Positions 17,373 through 27,531 of a stretch of DNA of 64,000 nucleotides are shown here, in pieces; position 1 is the stretch's first letter, and the number at the start of each line of letters is the position of its first letter. Made by a program: the position numbers and the translations under genes. The notes under the pieces were generated by a model that saw only the letters and a list, made by a program, of their open reading frames with translations, was not told where the DNA came from and did no database searches. This stretch comes from an uncultured Chloroflexia bacterium (lineage in GTDB: Bacteria; Chloroflexota; Limnocylindria; Limnocylindrales; CSP1-4): NCBI GenBank assembly GCA_963707215.1, contig CAVPPB010000003.1, forward strand, positions 384,001 through 448,000, in the 5' to 3' direction.

Positions 17373-18455
17373 TCACCCAGGTCCACCGGGCCGGGACCGC
17401 TCGAAGACCGCCCCGAGGATGGCCAACCGCCGCTCCAGGCTCCGTCGCTCGTTGGTGCCGTGCTGCATCAGGTGCGAGAACTCGACGAGCGCAGCGTCCT
17501 GGGATTCCTCGGGCTTGTCGAGCTCGGCCTTGCGGATCCGCTGGAACTCCTCGAGGAAGGTCCGCAGCGCGTCCGGATCGATGACAGCACCCGACCGGTC
17601 CAGCTCCCGGACGAACAAGTAGTACAGCGGCACGTACGACTGGGCTCCCAGGAGGTGGTCGGCGTGGCCGAAGATCGCCTCCAGGCGACCAAGCCGGGCG
17701 TCGACGCGACCGGCGAGCTCCGTCCTCTCGGGCTTCGTCATCCGGCGATTCGCGCGCACGAACTCGTCGAGGGCCTTGCCCTTGAGGTCCGGGATCTGGC
17801 CGTCGGCGCCGCGAGCGTCCGCCGCCTCGATGAGCAGCATCCGGGCGGCCAGGTCGAGGTGCTGGTAGCGCGCGTTGGAGAAGCGCAGACGGTCGGCGAA
17901 GAACGGTCGATGGGCAAGCTCCCGGATCAGCTGGGCCATGTCCCCGCCCATCGCGTTGCGCTTCTCGGCGGCGTTCAGCGGCTCCCCGTTGTTGAGCCGC
18001 GAGAAGAGGTCCTCGATGTCGTCCTCGGTCGCGTTCTGGATGAGGACGACGGAGATGTAGGTCAGTCGCAGGACCTGCTGCCAGGCGGGGTGGAACTCCG
18101 AGAAGCGCATCCCGGCGAGCGGCGGCGGTGTCGTGGGCGGGAGGTCCGGAAGGTTCGCTTCGACGATCCGGAAGTCGGGAGCGAGTGGGAACTCGTCTCC
18201 CAGGAAGCGCCAGATCGTGGTCAGTCGCTGCTTCCCATCGACGATCGTGTAGACCTTGGTCGGGTGCTTCCCGCGCAGGTCATGGAGGTAGATCTTCGGG
18301 ACGTCATAGCCGTTCAGCAGCGAGTCGACGAAGAGCTGCTGCTTGTCGAGCGACCACAGCGAACTCTCCCGCTGGTAGGGCGGGTTCTCCTCGATGGCGC
18401 TCCGCCAGGCCAGCGCCTTGGCGACGGTGAAGTGGTGGGCGAGAACGCAGCGCAT
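17373..18455 (-). CDS. DUF262 (ParB/GmrS-like NTPase) domain protein
   Basis: PPYQRE...W...Q.FVDSLLNGYDVPKIY...IVDGKQRLTTI...LFSRLNNGEPLN. Confidence 0.9.
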   Translation of the reverse strand: MRCVLAHHFTVAKALAWRSAIEENPPYQRESSLWSLDKQQLFVDSLLNGYDVPKIYLHDLRGKHPTKVYTIVDGKQRLTTIWRFLGDEFPLAPDFRIVEANLPDLPPTTPPPLAGMRFSEFHPAWQQVLRLTYISVVLIQNATEDDIEDLFSRLNNGEPLNAAEKRNAMGGDMAQLIRELAHRPFFADRLRFSNARYQHLDLAARMLLIEAADARGADGQIPDLKGKALDEFVRANRRMTKPERTELAGRVDARLGRLEAIFGHADHLLGAQSYVPLYYLFVRELDRSGAVIDPDALRTFLEEFQRIRKAELDKPEESQDAALVEFSHLMQHGTNERRSLERRLAILGAVFERSRPGGPG

Positions 18456-18551
18456 CGGCTCCGCGATTGCGGGATCTGACGGTCGAACCCCGGACCGGGG
18501 GGGTCGGCGGCGGTCGTCCGAAGGTGCCGGTCTCGGGACGACCGCCGCCGC

Positions 18552-19640
18552 TCAGGGTCGTGCGATCGCAGTCTCGCGGTGCTCCACCTTCTCGTAGCCG
18601 CCCCACAGGGGCTCGTAGAAGTACCGGATCCCGTACTCGATCCGGAGCGTCCGGGTCCGCTTGTCCGACGGGTTGAAGTGCTCGTGCCGGGTCATCCTCG
18701 GCGGCACGTGGACCGCGTCGCCGGCCTCCCAGTCGTAGTGCTCGTAGTCCACCTCGGAGAACCCGACGCCCTCGAGGACGTAGAGCACGGCTTCGGTGTG
18801 GGAATGGCAGTGGCTGGAGGTGTGGGGGACCTCCTCGAAGATGTTCGTCATCGCGACCGACACCGCCTGGAACCCGTTGCGCTCGTCGCTGGGGCTCTCG
18901 CCGCCACCCATGAGGATGAGGATCGCGCCGTGTCGATGCGGGTTCTCGTTCCGATGGCGCTTGCCCTTGCCATCCCCGTGCCCGTGCCCGTGCCCGTGGG
19001 ACTCGACCGTCTCGCCGGCGGCGGCTGCCGCCTTCTTCAGCTCGTCTCGCCGCTTCTGCTCGTCGGGCGCGTCCTCGATGTGGAGGGCGATCCGGCGCCC
19101 CAGCGCGTCGAACTGGCCATCCTCGGCTGGCAGCTTCGTCTCGAACCCCGACTGGTTCGGCCCCTTGTCCTCGAGCTGCTCGAGGCGACCAAGGCGGACG
19201 AAGAGGTCGAGATCCATCGCCGTCGCCGTGACGTACTCGACATCGGCGTCGCCGGTGTTGAAGAGCTGGTGGGTCGACATGTAGGGGATGTGGATCGTCG
19301 TCCCGGTGTGGAAGTCGTAGCGCCGGTCGTCGACGACGAGGATCCCCTCGCCCGAGACGATGTGGATCGCTTCCTCGCCGTGACGGTGCTTTCCGGTGTG
19401 GTGCCCCGACGGGATGATCGCCTTGCAGAGGTTGGAGCCCTGGGTCGGGAAGCCGACCTGCGGGCCGATCAACATCGCGAGCTTGTAGTCCTGGGGCGTC
19501 TCGATCCAGGCCGCATCGCGCCCGCGGGCGAGGATGGGGGCCCGCCCCGTCTCGTACTCGTTGGCCTCGCTCTTCGCCAGCCACTGCGAGTAGAAGTCCG
19601 CAGGCTCGTACCGGGTCACGGCGCGCCACTGCTCGGTCAT
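18552..19640 (-). CDS. Bicupin domain protein
   Basis: Two cupin motifs (KHRHGEEAIHIVSGEG and CHSHTEAVLYVLEGVG...HEHFN) joined by an HGHGHGHG linker. Confidence 0.85.
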   Translation of the reverse strand: MTEQWRAVTRYEPADFYSQWLAKSEANEYETGRAPILARGRDAAWIETPQDYKLAMLIGPQVGFPTQGSNLCKAIIPSGHHTGKHRHGEEAIHIVSGEGILVVDDRRYDFHTGTTIHIPYMSTHQLFNTGDADVEYVTATAMDLDLFVRLGRLEQLEDKGPNQSGFETKLPAEDGQFDALGRRIALHIEDAPDEQKRRDELKKAAAAAGETVESHGHGHGHGDGKGKRHRNENPHRHGAILILMGGGESPSDERNGFQAVSVAMTNIFEEVPHTSSHCHSHTEAVLYVLEGVGFSEVDYEHYDWEAGDAVHVPPRMTRHEHFNPSDKRTRTLRIEYGIRYFYEPLWGGYEKVEHRETAIARP

Positions 19641-19787
19641 CGATCCCTCCGAGGTCTCGCGGGCCGGTCCCGACCGCCGACGCCGCAGAACGATGTGTAC
19701 ACCGCAGTATGGCGTCGTGGACACCCAGGTCGCAAGACCGCACGGCCGCGGCCAACGACTGGTCCGGGCAGACCCGGGGACGCGGTG

Positions 19788-20660
19788 CTAGGGAGCGACG
19801 CGCAGGAGCAGGCGAGCGACAGCGTTCGGCTCTTCACCGCGGTCGATCGCCTCGACCTCCAGCCAGGCCCGGCCGAACGGGAGGTCGGGGGGGATCGACA
19901 GCTCAGCGCTGATCGACCGCCAACCGTCCTCGGCGGGCCGGGTCGACACGATCCGCTCCTCCCCCACCCGCCCGTCCTCGGACGCAAGGCGGACGAGCGC
20001 GCGGGTCGCCCCGCCGCGCACCAGGGCGCTCACCTCGACGGTCTCCCCCTCGCGCCACCCCTCGAGCCGATCCGGTGATCGGAAGACGATGGGGCCGCGC
20101 GTCCGGATGACGTAGGGGACGGTCGCGAGGACCGCACCGGCCGGCTCACGGAGCTCGAGCACGACCCGTCCGCCCCCGACCGGGGGCAGGAACGGCAGAT
20201 CGGCCCGGAACCGGCCGTCCGACGCAGGGACGGCCGTCGCGGTCCCGAGCACCATCCACGGATCCTCGTCGCGAAGCTCGGCGACGACCTTGCCCGAGGG
20301 ATCGGTCACGCGCCCGAAGACCTGCAGCGTAGCCAGGACCTGCGAGGCCTCGTACGATCCGATGGCCGGCGGCAGGTCGATGCCCAGCAGGGCGACCACG
20401 CTGACCGGCGGCTCCTCGATGGCAGGCACGACGAACGGGACCGACGAGGCCGGCGCCGCGGAGGGCGACGGCGCAGCGGATGTCTCGGGCGGGCTGGTGA
20501 GACGTCCGCCGATGCCGGCAAGAGCGACACCGACCCCGAGCACGAGGACGATGGCAGGCAGCACGGCCGAGCCCTTGAGTCGGGTCGGTGGGACCAGCGC
20601 TTCGCGGCTGCCAGGTTCGGCCCATCGGCCCGGATCCCCGCCCGGATCGGCATCGATCAT
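19788..20660 (-). CDS. Hypothetical membrane-anchored protein, possibly with Ig-like domains
   Basis: N-terminal TM segment, Pro/Ser linker, beta-rich C-terminus. Confidence 0.6.
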   Translation of the reverse strand: MIDADPGGDPGRWAEPGSREALVPPTRLKGSAVLPAIVLVLGVGVALAGIGGRLTSPPETSAAPSPSAAPASSVPFVVPAIEEPPVSVVALLGIDLPPAIGSYEASQVLATLQVFGRVTDPSGKVVAELRDEDPWMVLGTATAVPASDGRFRADLPFLPPVGGGRVVLELREPAGAVLATVPYVIRTRGPIVFRSPDRLEGWREGETVEVSALVRGGATRALVRLASEDGRVGEERIVSTRPAEDGWRSISAELSIPPDLPFGRAWLEVEAIDRGEEPNAVARLLLRVAP

Positions 20661-20746
20661 CGTCCGATCCTACCCCGCGGTCGTTCCGGGCGCCGGCGGG
20701 GCCGCGACCGGGCGACCATGGAGCCGGGCGCCGCAGCCCCCGACGC

Positions 20747-22276
20747 CTACCCGGGCTGGTTGTCGATCTGGGCCTTCTGGAGCGACCCGCTGAAGTCCAC
20801 GTAGACCGCCTTCCACTCGGTGTACGTGTCCAGCGCCGCATGGCCGGCCTCGCGGTGACCGTTGCCGGTCTCCTTCCAGCCACCGAAGGGGAGGTGCGTC
20901 TCGGCCCCCGTCGTCCCGGCGTTCACGTAGACGATGCCGGTCTCGAAGTCGCGCATCGCCCGGAAGGCCGTGTTGACGTCGCGGGTGTAGATGGAGCTCG
21001 AGAGACCGTAGCGGACCTGGTTCAGCGCCGTCACGGCAGCCGGGTAGTCGGCCACCGGGATGATGGACAGCACCGGCCCGAAGATCTCCTCCTGGGCGAT
21101 CCGGTCCATCGGCCGGACGCCGCTGAAGATCGTCGGCTCGAAGAAGTGGCCGTGCTCCAGGCCCGGCCCGGTCGCCGGCGATCCGCCTCGGACCAGCTCG
21201 CCCTCGCGCCGGCCGACCTCCACGTAGCCGGTGACCTTCTCCACCGCCGCGGCGTTGACCAGCGGGCCGACGTCGGTCCCCTCCTCCAGGCCGTCGCCCA
21301 GCCGGAGCCCTCGGGCGCCGCTCTCGAGGCGCTCCAGCAGCGGCTCCAGCACGGCCTCCTCGACGATGACCCGGCTGCAGGCCGTGCAGCGCTGACCGGT
21401 CGTCCCGAAGGCCGACCACAGGATCCCCTCGGTCGCCAGGTCGAGGTCGGCGTCACGGAGGACCACGATGCCGTTCTTGCCGCCGAGCTCCAGGCTCAGC
21501 CGCTTGAGGCGCCGGCCGGCCCGCTCGGCGATCCGCTTGCCGGTCGCGCTGGCCCCGGTGAACGAGATGACCGGCACGTCGGGACTGTCGACGAGCGCCT
21601 CGCCGACCTCGGCGCCGCCGCCGGTCACGAGGTTGACGGTCCCGGCCGGGAAGCCCGCCTCGGCCATGAGCTCGACGAGGAGCGTCGCGCAGTGCGGCGC
21701 GTCCGACGCCGGCTTGAGGACGACGGTGTTGCCGGTGACCAGGGCCGGCATCATCTTCCAGCAGGGGATGGCCATCGGGAAGTTCCAGGGGGTCACGATC
21801 CCGGCCACGCCGATCGGCTGGCGGACGCTCATGGCCCACTTGTCGGGCAGCTCCGAGGGCACCGTGTCGCCGAACATCCGGCGCCCCTCGCCGGCCATGA
21901 GGAAGGCGATGTCGATGCCTTCCTGGACGTCCCCCAGGGCCTCGGCGAGGACCTTGCCCATCTCGCGGGTCATCGCCCGGGCCAGGCGCTCCTTGTGCTC
22001 GGCCATGAGCGCGCCGAAGCGGTAGAGGATCTCGCCCCGCTTGGGAGCCGGGGTGGCCCGCCACGCCGGCAGGGCCTGCTCCGCGGCCCGGACCGCCATC
22101 GCCGCGTCGGCGGCGGTGCCGGCCTGGAACCGTCCGACCAGGTCCCGGGTGTCGGCGGGGTTGCGGCTCTCGAAGGTCCGCCCCGACGAGGCGTCGACCC
22201 ACTCGCCGGCGATGAACAGTCGGAAGGTCGGGGCGCCGGCACCCGCATCGGGGCCGGAGGCGGCGGTCTCGGTCAT
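20747..22276 (-). CDS. Aldehyde dehydrogenase family protein
   Basis: PWNFP, SFTGASATG, LELGGKN, GQRCTA, EEIFGPV. Confidence 0.95.
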   Translation of the reverse strand: MTETAASGPDAGAGAPTFRLFIAGEWVDASSGRTFESRNPADTRDLVGRFQAGTAADAAMAVRAAEQALPAWRATPAPKRGEILYRFGALMAEHKERLARAMTREMGKVLAEALGDVQEGIDIAFLMAGEGRRMFGDTVPSELPDKWAMSVRQPIGVAGIVTPWNFPMAIPCWKMMPALVTGNTVVLKPASDAPHCATLLVELMAEAGFPAGTVNLVTGGGAEVGEALVDSPDVPVISFTGASATGKRIAERAGRRLKRLSLELGGKNGIVVLRDADLDLATEGILWSAFGTTGQRCTACSRVIVEEAVLEPLLERLESGARGLRLGDGLEEGTDVGPLVNAAAVEKVTGYVEVGRREGELVRGGSPATGPGLEHGHFFEPTIFSGVRPMDRIAQEEIFGPVLSIIPVADYPAAVTALNQVRYGLSSSIYTRDVNTAFRAMRDFETGIVYVNAGTTGAETHLPFGGWKETGNGHREAGHAALDTYTEWKAVYVDFSGSLQKAQIDNQPG

Positions 22277-22415
22277 GGCGGCGAGTGTACGGCGCCAGGT
22301 GACGCGGCGGCGCTGCAACGGTCGCGATCGAGGAGCGTCATGTCTGCGGGTCGCTCGGTACGGGCCGGACGTCGACCAGCGAGCCCGGAGCGACCAGCCG
22401 GAGGTCCGAAGGCCG

Positions 22416-23795
22416 ATGGACGGCGAGCGCCGTCGGAGCCGCCCTGCGAGAGGCATGGGAACGGCCGGCCGAGTCCGGCTCGATCCGCCGATCGACTTCC
22501 AGCGGCTCCGGGCGAGCGGTCCGGCCGTGCTGCTTCGACGGGCGGCCTTCCGGGCCATCGTGGGCCGCGGCTGGCCCCCCACCCTCCAGCCGGTCACGGA
22601 GGGCGAGCGCCTGCCGAGGCTCGCCGCGAGCGACCTCTACGTCCATCTCCCGTTCTGCGCGACGCGCTGCCCGCACTGCCCCTACACCACGACGTTCGAC
22701 AGCCCCGAGCTACGGGCCGTCTACGCGGCGGCCCTGGTCCGCGAGCTCGACGCCTACTTCGCCGGAGGGGATGCCCCGCCGGTCGATTCGCTGTACTTCG
22801 GCGGCGGCACGCCGTCCCGGACGCCCGAGCTGGTCGAGCTGGTCATCGAGCTGGTCCACCCCTGGCTGTCCGCCGGGACCGAGATCGGGGTCGAGTGCCA
22901 CCCGTCCGACGCCACGGCGGCGAACCTGGCCCTCCTGCGCGCGAGCGGCGTGACCCGGATCAGCCTTGGCATCGAGACGCTCCGCCCGGACCTCCTCCGA
23001 CTGCTCGGCCGGCCCTACACGCCGCTCCAGGCGCTCGCCGGGATCCGGAGGGCTCGGGCGGCCGGCTTCGACTGCGTCGACGTGAACCTGATCTTCGCGA
23101 TCCCGGGCCAGTCCGCGAAGGACGCCGTCGCGGATGTCGAGCGATGCCTGGAGCTCGGCGTGGACCAGGTCTCGGCCTACCCGCTCTTCACCTTCCCGCA
23201 CACGCCACTCGGCCGACGTATCGCCGACGGCACCATCCGGCCCGTGGGCGACCGGACCCGCCTGGCGTCGCAGCGCGGCATCGCCCGGGCCTGTCGACGG
23301 CACGGCCTGGTCCGATCCTCGGTCTGGTCGTTCACCCGACCGGGCGTCGCCCCCTACTCGACCGTCACCCACGACAGCTACGTCGGGTTCGGGGTGGGGG
23401 CCGGCAGCAAGGTCGACGGCGAGCTGCGCTTCAACAGCTTCTCGTTCGAGGCCTACGTTGCCGCCGACCCGCCCCGCCCGGCCCTCCGGCTGGCCCTCGG
23501 CGAGCGCTTCGAACGGGCCCACTGGATCTACTGGCAGGCGTACCGGACGCGCCTGGACCCGACGGCCTATTCGCGCCGCTTCGGCCGCGACCTGGGAGCC
23601 GACGCGGGTCGCTGGCTCGCCGTGCTCCAGCTCCTGCGCCTCGCCCGGCGCTGCCCGGACGGCTGCTGGGCCCTCACCGAGCGGGGCTCGATCTGGGTCC
23701 ATCGGCTCCAGGCGCTCTTCTCGCTCGCCTACATCGACCAGCTCTGGGGCCTCGCCCGCGGCGAGCCCTGGCCGGGCCCGGTCGCGCTCCGATGA
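22416..23795 (+). CDS. HemN/HemW-like radical SAM protein
   Basis: LYVHLPFCATRCPHCPY, LYFGGGTPS, RISLGIE. Confidence 0.88.
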   Translation: MDGERRRSRPARGMGTAGRVRLDPPIDFQRLRASGPAVLLRRAAFRAIVGRGWPPTLQPVTEGERLPRLAASDLYVHLPFCATRCPHCPYTTTFDSPELRAVYAAALVRELDAYFAGGDAPPVDSLYFGGGTPSRTPELVELVIELVHPWLSAGTEIGVECHPSDATAANLALLRASGVTRISLGIETLRPDLLRLLGRPYTPLQALAGIRRARAAGFDCVDVNLIFAIPGQSAKDAVADVERCLELGVDQVSAYPLFTFPHTPLGRRIADGTIRPVGDRTRLASQRGIARACRRHGLVRSSVWSFTRPGVAPYSTVTHDSYVGFGVGAGSKVDGELRFNSFSFEAYVAADPPRPALRLALGERFERAHWIYWQAYRTRLDPTAYSRRFGRDLGADAGRWLAVLQLLRLARRCPDGCWALTERGSIWVHRLQALFSLAYIDQLWGLARGEPWPGPVALR

Positions 23796-24667
23796 CACCG
23801 ACCCTGCCGACCCTGATGGACGCCGTCCACCTGGCCCGGTTCGCCCTCCTGCGGCAGGAGGTGCCCATGGCCGCCGCGCTGGTGGTCACCGACCGCTGCC
23901 AGCTCGCCTGCCGGCACTGCCGGGTCGCCAACGTCGTCGGTCGCGACATGACCCTGCTCGAGGTCGAGGCGGCGCTGGGACGGCATCGCGCCATGGGGAT
24001 CCGGGCCCTGGCGCTCGAGGGCGGCGAGCCGTTCCTCTGGCATGACGGCCCGGCCGGCCTGGACGACGTGGTGCGGCTGGCCCGCCGGATGGGGTTCTGG
24101 CGCGTCCACGTGTTCACCAACGGCCTGCTGCCGATCCGCAGCAGCGCCGATCGGGTCTGGGTGTCGATCGACGGCCTGCGCCGGACCTACGCCGGACTCC
24201 GCGGCGACCACTTCGACCGGGTCGTCGCCAACGTCCGGGATGCCCGGGCGCGCCGGCTGGGGATCGTCTTCACGGTGAACCGCCTCAACCGGACAGACCT
24301 GGGGCCGGTCCTCGAGCTGGCCCGGAGCCTCCCCGTCGACGGGGTCATGGCGTTCCTCCACACGCCGTACTACGGCCATGACGAGCTGGCCCTCTCGGCC
24401 ACCGAGCGGTCGGCGGTCATCGACGAGCTCCTGGAGCTGCGACGGACCGGCCTCCCGGTCCTCAACACCCCGAGCGCGCTCGCGCTGCTCCGGTCGGGCG
24501 ACTGGCCTCGGCCGAACCGGATCTGGTGGGTCACCGACGCGGCCGGCGATCACCCCTGCTGTCGGGCGGCCTCGCCGGAGGTCTGCGAGGAGTGCGGCTA
24601 TGCCGGGTGCGTGGAGCTGATCGCGGCCCAGCGCCTGCGGCCGTCGGCGATCAGGGCCCTGCTCTGA
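23792..24667 (+). CDS. Radical SAM protein with a C-terminal Cys cluster
   Basis: CQLACRHC, EGGEP, FTNG, VSIDG; C-terminal CCR...CEECGYAGC; ATGA overlap with the upstream gene. Confidence 0.88.
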   Translation: MTPTLPTLMDAVHLARFALLRQEVPMAAALVVTDRCQLACRHCRVANVVGRDMTLLEVEAALGRHRAMGIRALALEGGEPFLWHDGPAGLDDVVRLARRMGFWRVHVFTNGLLPIRSSADRVWVSIDGLRRTYAGLRGDHFDRVVANVRDARARRLGIVFTVNRLNRTDLGPVLELARSLPVDGVMAFLHTPYYGHDELALSATERSAVIDELLELRRTGLPVLNTPSALALLRSGDWPRPNRIWWVTDAAGDHPCCRAASPEVCEECGYAGCVELIAAQRLRPSAIRALL

Positions 24668-24699
24668 CGGGCACCCGGTCTCGGTCCGGGGCCGAGCGG

Positions 24700-24870
24700 T
24701 CAGTCGTGCGGCAACCGCTCCAGGAGCGCGCGGACCTCGTGGAGCTCCTCGGCCTCCTCGTGGCCGAGGGTCGACAGCAGCAGGCGGAGCGCGGCCCGGA
24801 TGAGGTCGAGCTCGTCACGGTCCAGCTCGATGGTCACGGTCTCGGCAGGGGGCGCGATCATCTCGTTCAT
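24700..24870 (-). CDS. 56-aa hypothetical helical protein
   Basis: MNEMIAPPAETVTIELDRDELDLIRAALRLLLSTLGHEEAEELHEVRALLERLPHD; GAGGA ribosome-binding site; host-like codon use. Confidence 0.6.
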   Translation of the reverse strand: MNEMIAPPAETVTIELDRDELDLIRAALRLLLSTLGHEEAEELHEVRALLERLPHD

Positions 24871-25061
24871 CACGGTCCTCGCACTGTGGTGCCCGGGCGG
24901 CGGCCACGCCGATGCGTCGCTGGCCCGAGTCTGCGGCCCGTCGCCGGCCTGGGCCAGAGCCCTTCGGACCGGCCGATGCGGACGGCAGGCCCGTCGCTCG
25001 ACCCGCGGTTTCGGGCCGTCCCGCCCGTGGCCCGGTCGCCGTGGGGCCGCACCATCGGGTC

Positions 25062-26255
25062 ATGGAGGCGGCGACGGCGATCCGCAGACACCTCGGGACC
25101 CTCGTCGGGGGGATCGGCCCGAGGCCGCCCGGTTCGCCCGCGAACCGGCGAGCCACCGACCACCTGATCCGCTGTCTCGAGGAAGCCGATCTCGAGGTGA
25201 GCGCGCTCGAGTTCACGGCGACCTGGTGGGAGCCCGGGCCGGTCCGCCTGGAGGTCCACGACGAGATCCTGTCGCTCGACCCGACACCATTCGCTCGACC
25301 CTGCGACGTCCGTGGCCCCGTCCTTCGCCGATCGACCCGAGCGAGCCTCGCCGGCGACGAGGCCCTGGCCGGATCGGTCCTGGTCCTCGATGGCGACCTC
25401 ACGACCGAGCCGCTCTTCCCGAAGTCGTTCCCCTTCCTGGACCTGCCCGACCAGCGCGCCTTCATCGACGACCTCGAGCGCCTCCGCCCGGCCGCCGTCA
25501 TCGCGGTCGTCGATAGAGCGAGCCCCTACGCGTTCTTCGAGGACCCCGACCTCGCCTTCCCGTACGCGGTCGTCGGGCCGTCGGTCGGACGCCAGCTGGG
25601 CGACGGGACGGTCATCAGGCTGCGGGTCGCGGGGGCGCTGAACCAGGGACCTGGCGTGAACGTCTCGGCTCGGACCCCGGCGGACGGCAGCGACGGCCGG
25701 TCGGTCCTGAGCGCCCACGTGGACAGCAAGGTGACGACGCCGGGGGCGTTCGACAACGCCGGGGGCGTGGCCACGCTGCTCTCCCTCGCCGAGTCCCGCC
25801 GTCTCAACGACCGCCCGGTCGAATTCGTCTTCTTCAACGGCGAGGACCACTACGCTGCGCCGGGCGAGCAGGCGTGGCTGGCGGCGTCGGACCTGGCCTC
25901 GATCCGCCAGGTGCTCAACATCGACGGTGCTGGCGTAGCGGGGCGCGGCACCGCGGTCTCGCCGATGGCGTGTCCGCCCGACGTCGAGGACCGGCTGGCC
26001 GCCGCGGTCGCCGGACGGCCCGGCTGGTCGGTCGCGGGACCCTGGTACGAGAGCGACCACGCGATCTTCGCCATGCAGGGGATCCCGAGCCTGGCCATCA
26101 CCTCCGAGGGCGTCCACGAGCTGCTCGTCGACCTCGCCCACACGGAGCGAGACACCCTCGAGGTCGTCGATGCCGGGATCCTCGTCGAGGTGGCCGGCTT
26201 CGTCGCCGACTGGGTGGAGACCAACCCAGGACCCGTGGCGGGCCGTCGAGGCTGA
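25062..26255 (+). CDS. M28 family metallopeptidase (aminopeptidase-like)
   Basis: SAHVDS, GAFDNAGGV, FNGED, NIDG, SDH, H...DT. Confidence 0.88.
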   Translation: MEAATAIRRHLGTLVGGIGPRPPGSPANRRATDHLIRCLEEADLEVSALEFTATWWEPGPVRLEVHDEILSLDPTPFARPCDVRGPVLRRSTRASLAGDEALAGSVLVLDGDLTTEPLFPKSFPFLDLPDQRAFIDDLERLRPAAVIAVVDRASPYAFFEDPDLAFPYAVVGPSVGRQLGDGTVIRLRVAGALNQGPGVNVSARTPADGSDGRSVLSAHVDSKVTTPGAFDNAGGVATLLSLAESRRLNDRPVEFVFFNGEDHYAAPGEQAWLAASDLASIRQVLNIDGAGVAGRGTAVSPMACPPDVEDRLAAAVAGRPGWSVAGPWYESDHAIFAMQGIPSLAITSEGVHELLVDLAHTERDTLEVVDAGILVEVAGFVADWVETNPGPVAGRRG

Positions 26256-26293
26256 CCTCGGTCGGGCCCGTCGGCTGTCCCGAGGCCCGCCGG

Positions 26294-27522
26294 TCAGACC
26301 CGTTCGAAGGCCATCGCCACCGACCCGCCGCCGCCCAGGCAGAGCGTGGCGAGGCCGTAGCGGCCATCGCGCCGGCGAAGCTCGTGGAGGAGCGTCGCGA
26401 CGATCCGGGCGCCGGACGCCCCGATCGGGTGGCCCAGGGCGATCGCCCCGCCGTTGACGTTGACCCGGTCCCAGTCGAAGCCGAGGGCACGGCCATCGGC
26501 GAGGGTCTGGGCGGCGAACGCCTCGTTGATCTCGATGAGGTCGAAGTCGCCGATGCCCATCCCGTCTTGTCGAGCAGCCGACCGACACCCTCGATCGGGG
26601 CAAGGAAGAGCCACTTCGGGGTGACCTCGGCCTGGGCGTAGCCGACGATCCGGGCCAGCGGGACCAGGCCGTACCGCTCGACCGCCGCAGCGCCGGCGAC
26701 CACCGTGGCGGCGGCCCCGTCGGTGATGCCGGGGGCATTGCCGGCGGTGACCGTCCCGGTCTCCGCGCCGCCCCGGTCCTCGCCCTCGGGCAGATCGAAG
26801 ACCGACCGGAGCCGGGCCAGCGCCTCCAGCGAGCTGTCGCGACGAGGGTTCTCGTCGACGCCCACGACCGTCTCGCGGCCCTTGGCGTCGCGGATCGTGA
26901 CCGGGACGAGCTCGTCGTCGAAGCGACCGGCGTCGATGGCGGCGATCGCCCGCTCGTGGGAACGCAGGGCGAAGGCGTCCTGGTCCTCTCGGCTGACCTG
27001 CTCGCGGATGGCGACCCGCTCGGCGTGGGTGCCCATGTGGCAGCCCTCGATCGCGCACCAGAGGCCGTCGTGGACGGTCGAGTCGACCAGCGTCCCGTCG
27101 CCAAGGCGATAGCCGATCCGGGCCCCGGGCAGCAGGTACGGGGCGAGGTTCATCGATTCCATGCCGCCGGCGACCACCACTTCGGCATCGCCGGCCCGGA
27201 TCTCGGCCGCGGCCAGCATGATCGCCTTGAGGCCGGAGCCGCAGACGCGGTTGATGGTCGTGGCTGGGGTCGTGTCGGGGAGGCCGGCGGCGAGGGCCGC
27301 CTGGCGGGCCGGTGCCTGGCCGACCCCGGCCTGGAGGACCTGGCCCATCAGGACGTCGTCGACCTGGGCGTCGGCGGGCAGCCCGGAGCGCTCCATGGCG
27401 GCCCGGATGGCCACCCCGCCGAGCTCGGTCGCCGGGACCGTCGAGAGGGCTCCGCCGAAGCGGCCGATCGGCGTGCGGGCCGCCGAGACGATGTAGACGT
27501 CGGTACCTCGATCGCTGCTCAT
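26294..27522 (-). CDS. Acetyl-CoA C-acetyltransferase (thiolase), frameshift near 26560
   Basis: RTPIG, NRVCGSG; C-terminal [15 protein letters not shown] and CLGGG lie in a shifted frame. Confidence 0.93.
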
Positions 27523-27531
27523 GCCTCGAGT

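Noticed and set aside
20588-23791. 1359-aa ORF read as a giant radical SAM fusion
   Set aside because: The N-terminal part is antisense to the aldehyde dehydrogenase and out of frame over the HemN-like gene; only 23792-24667 is coding.
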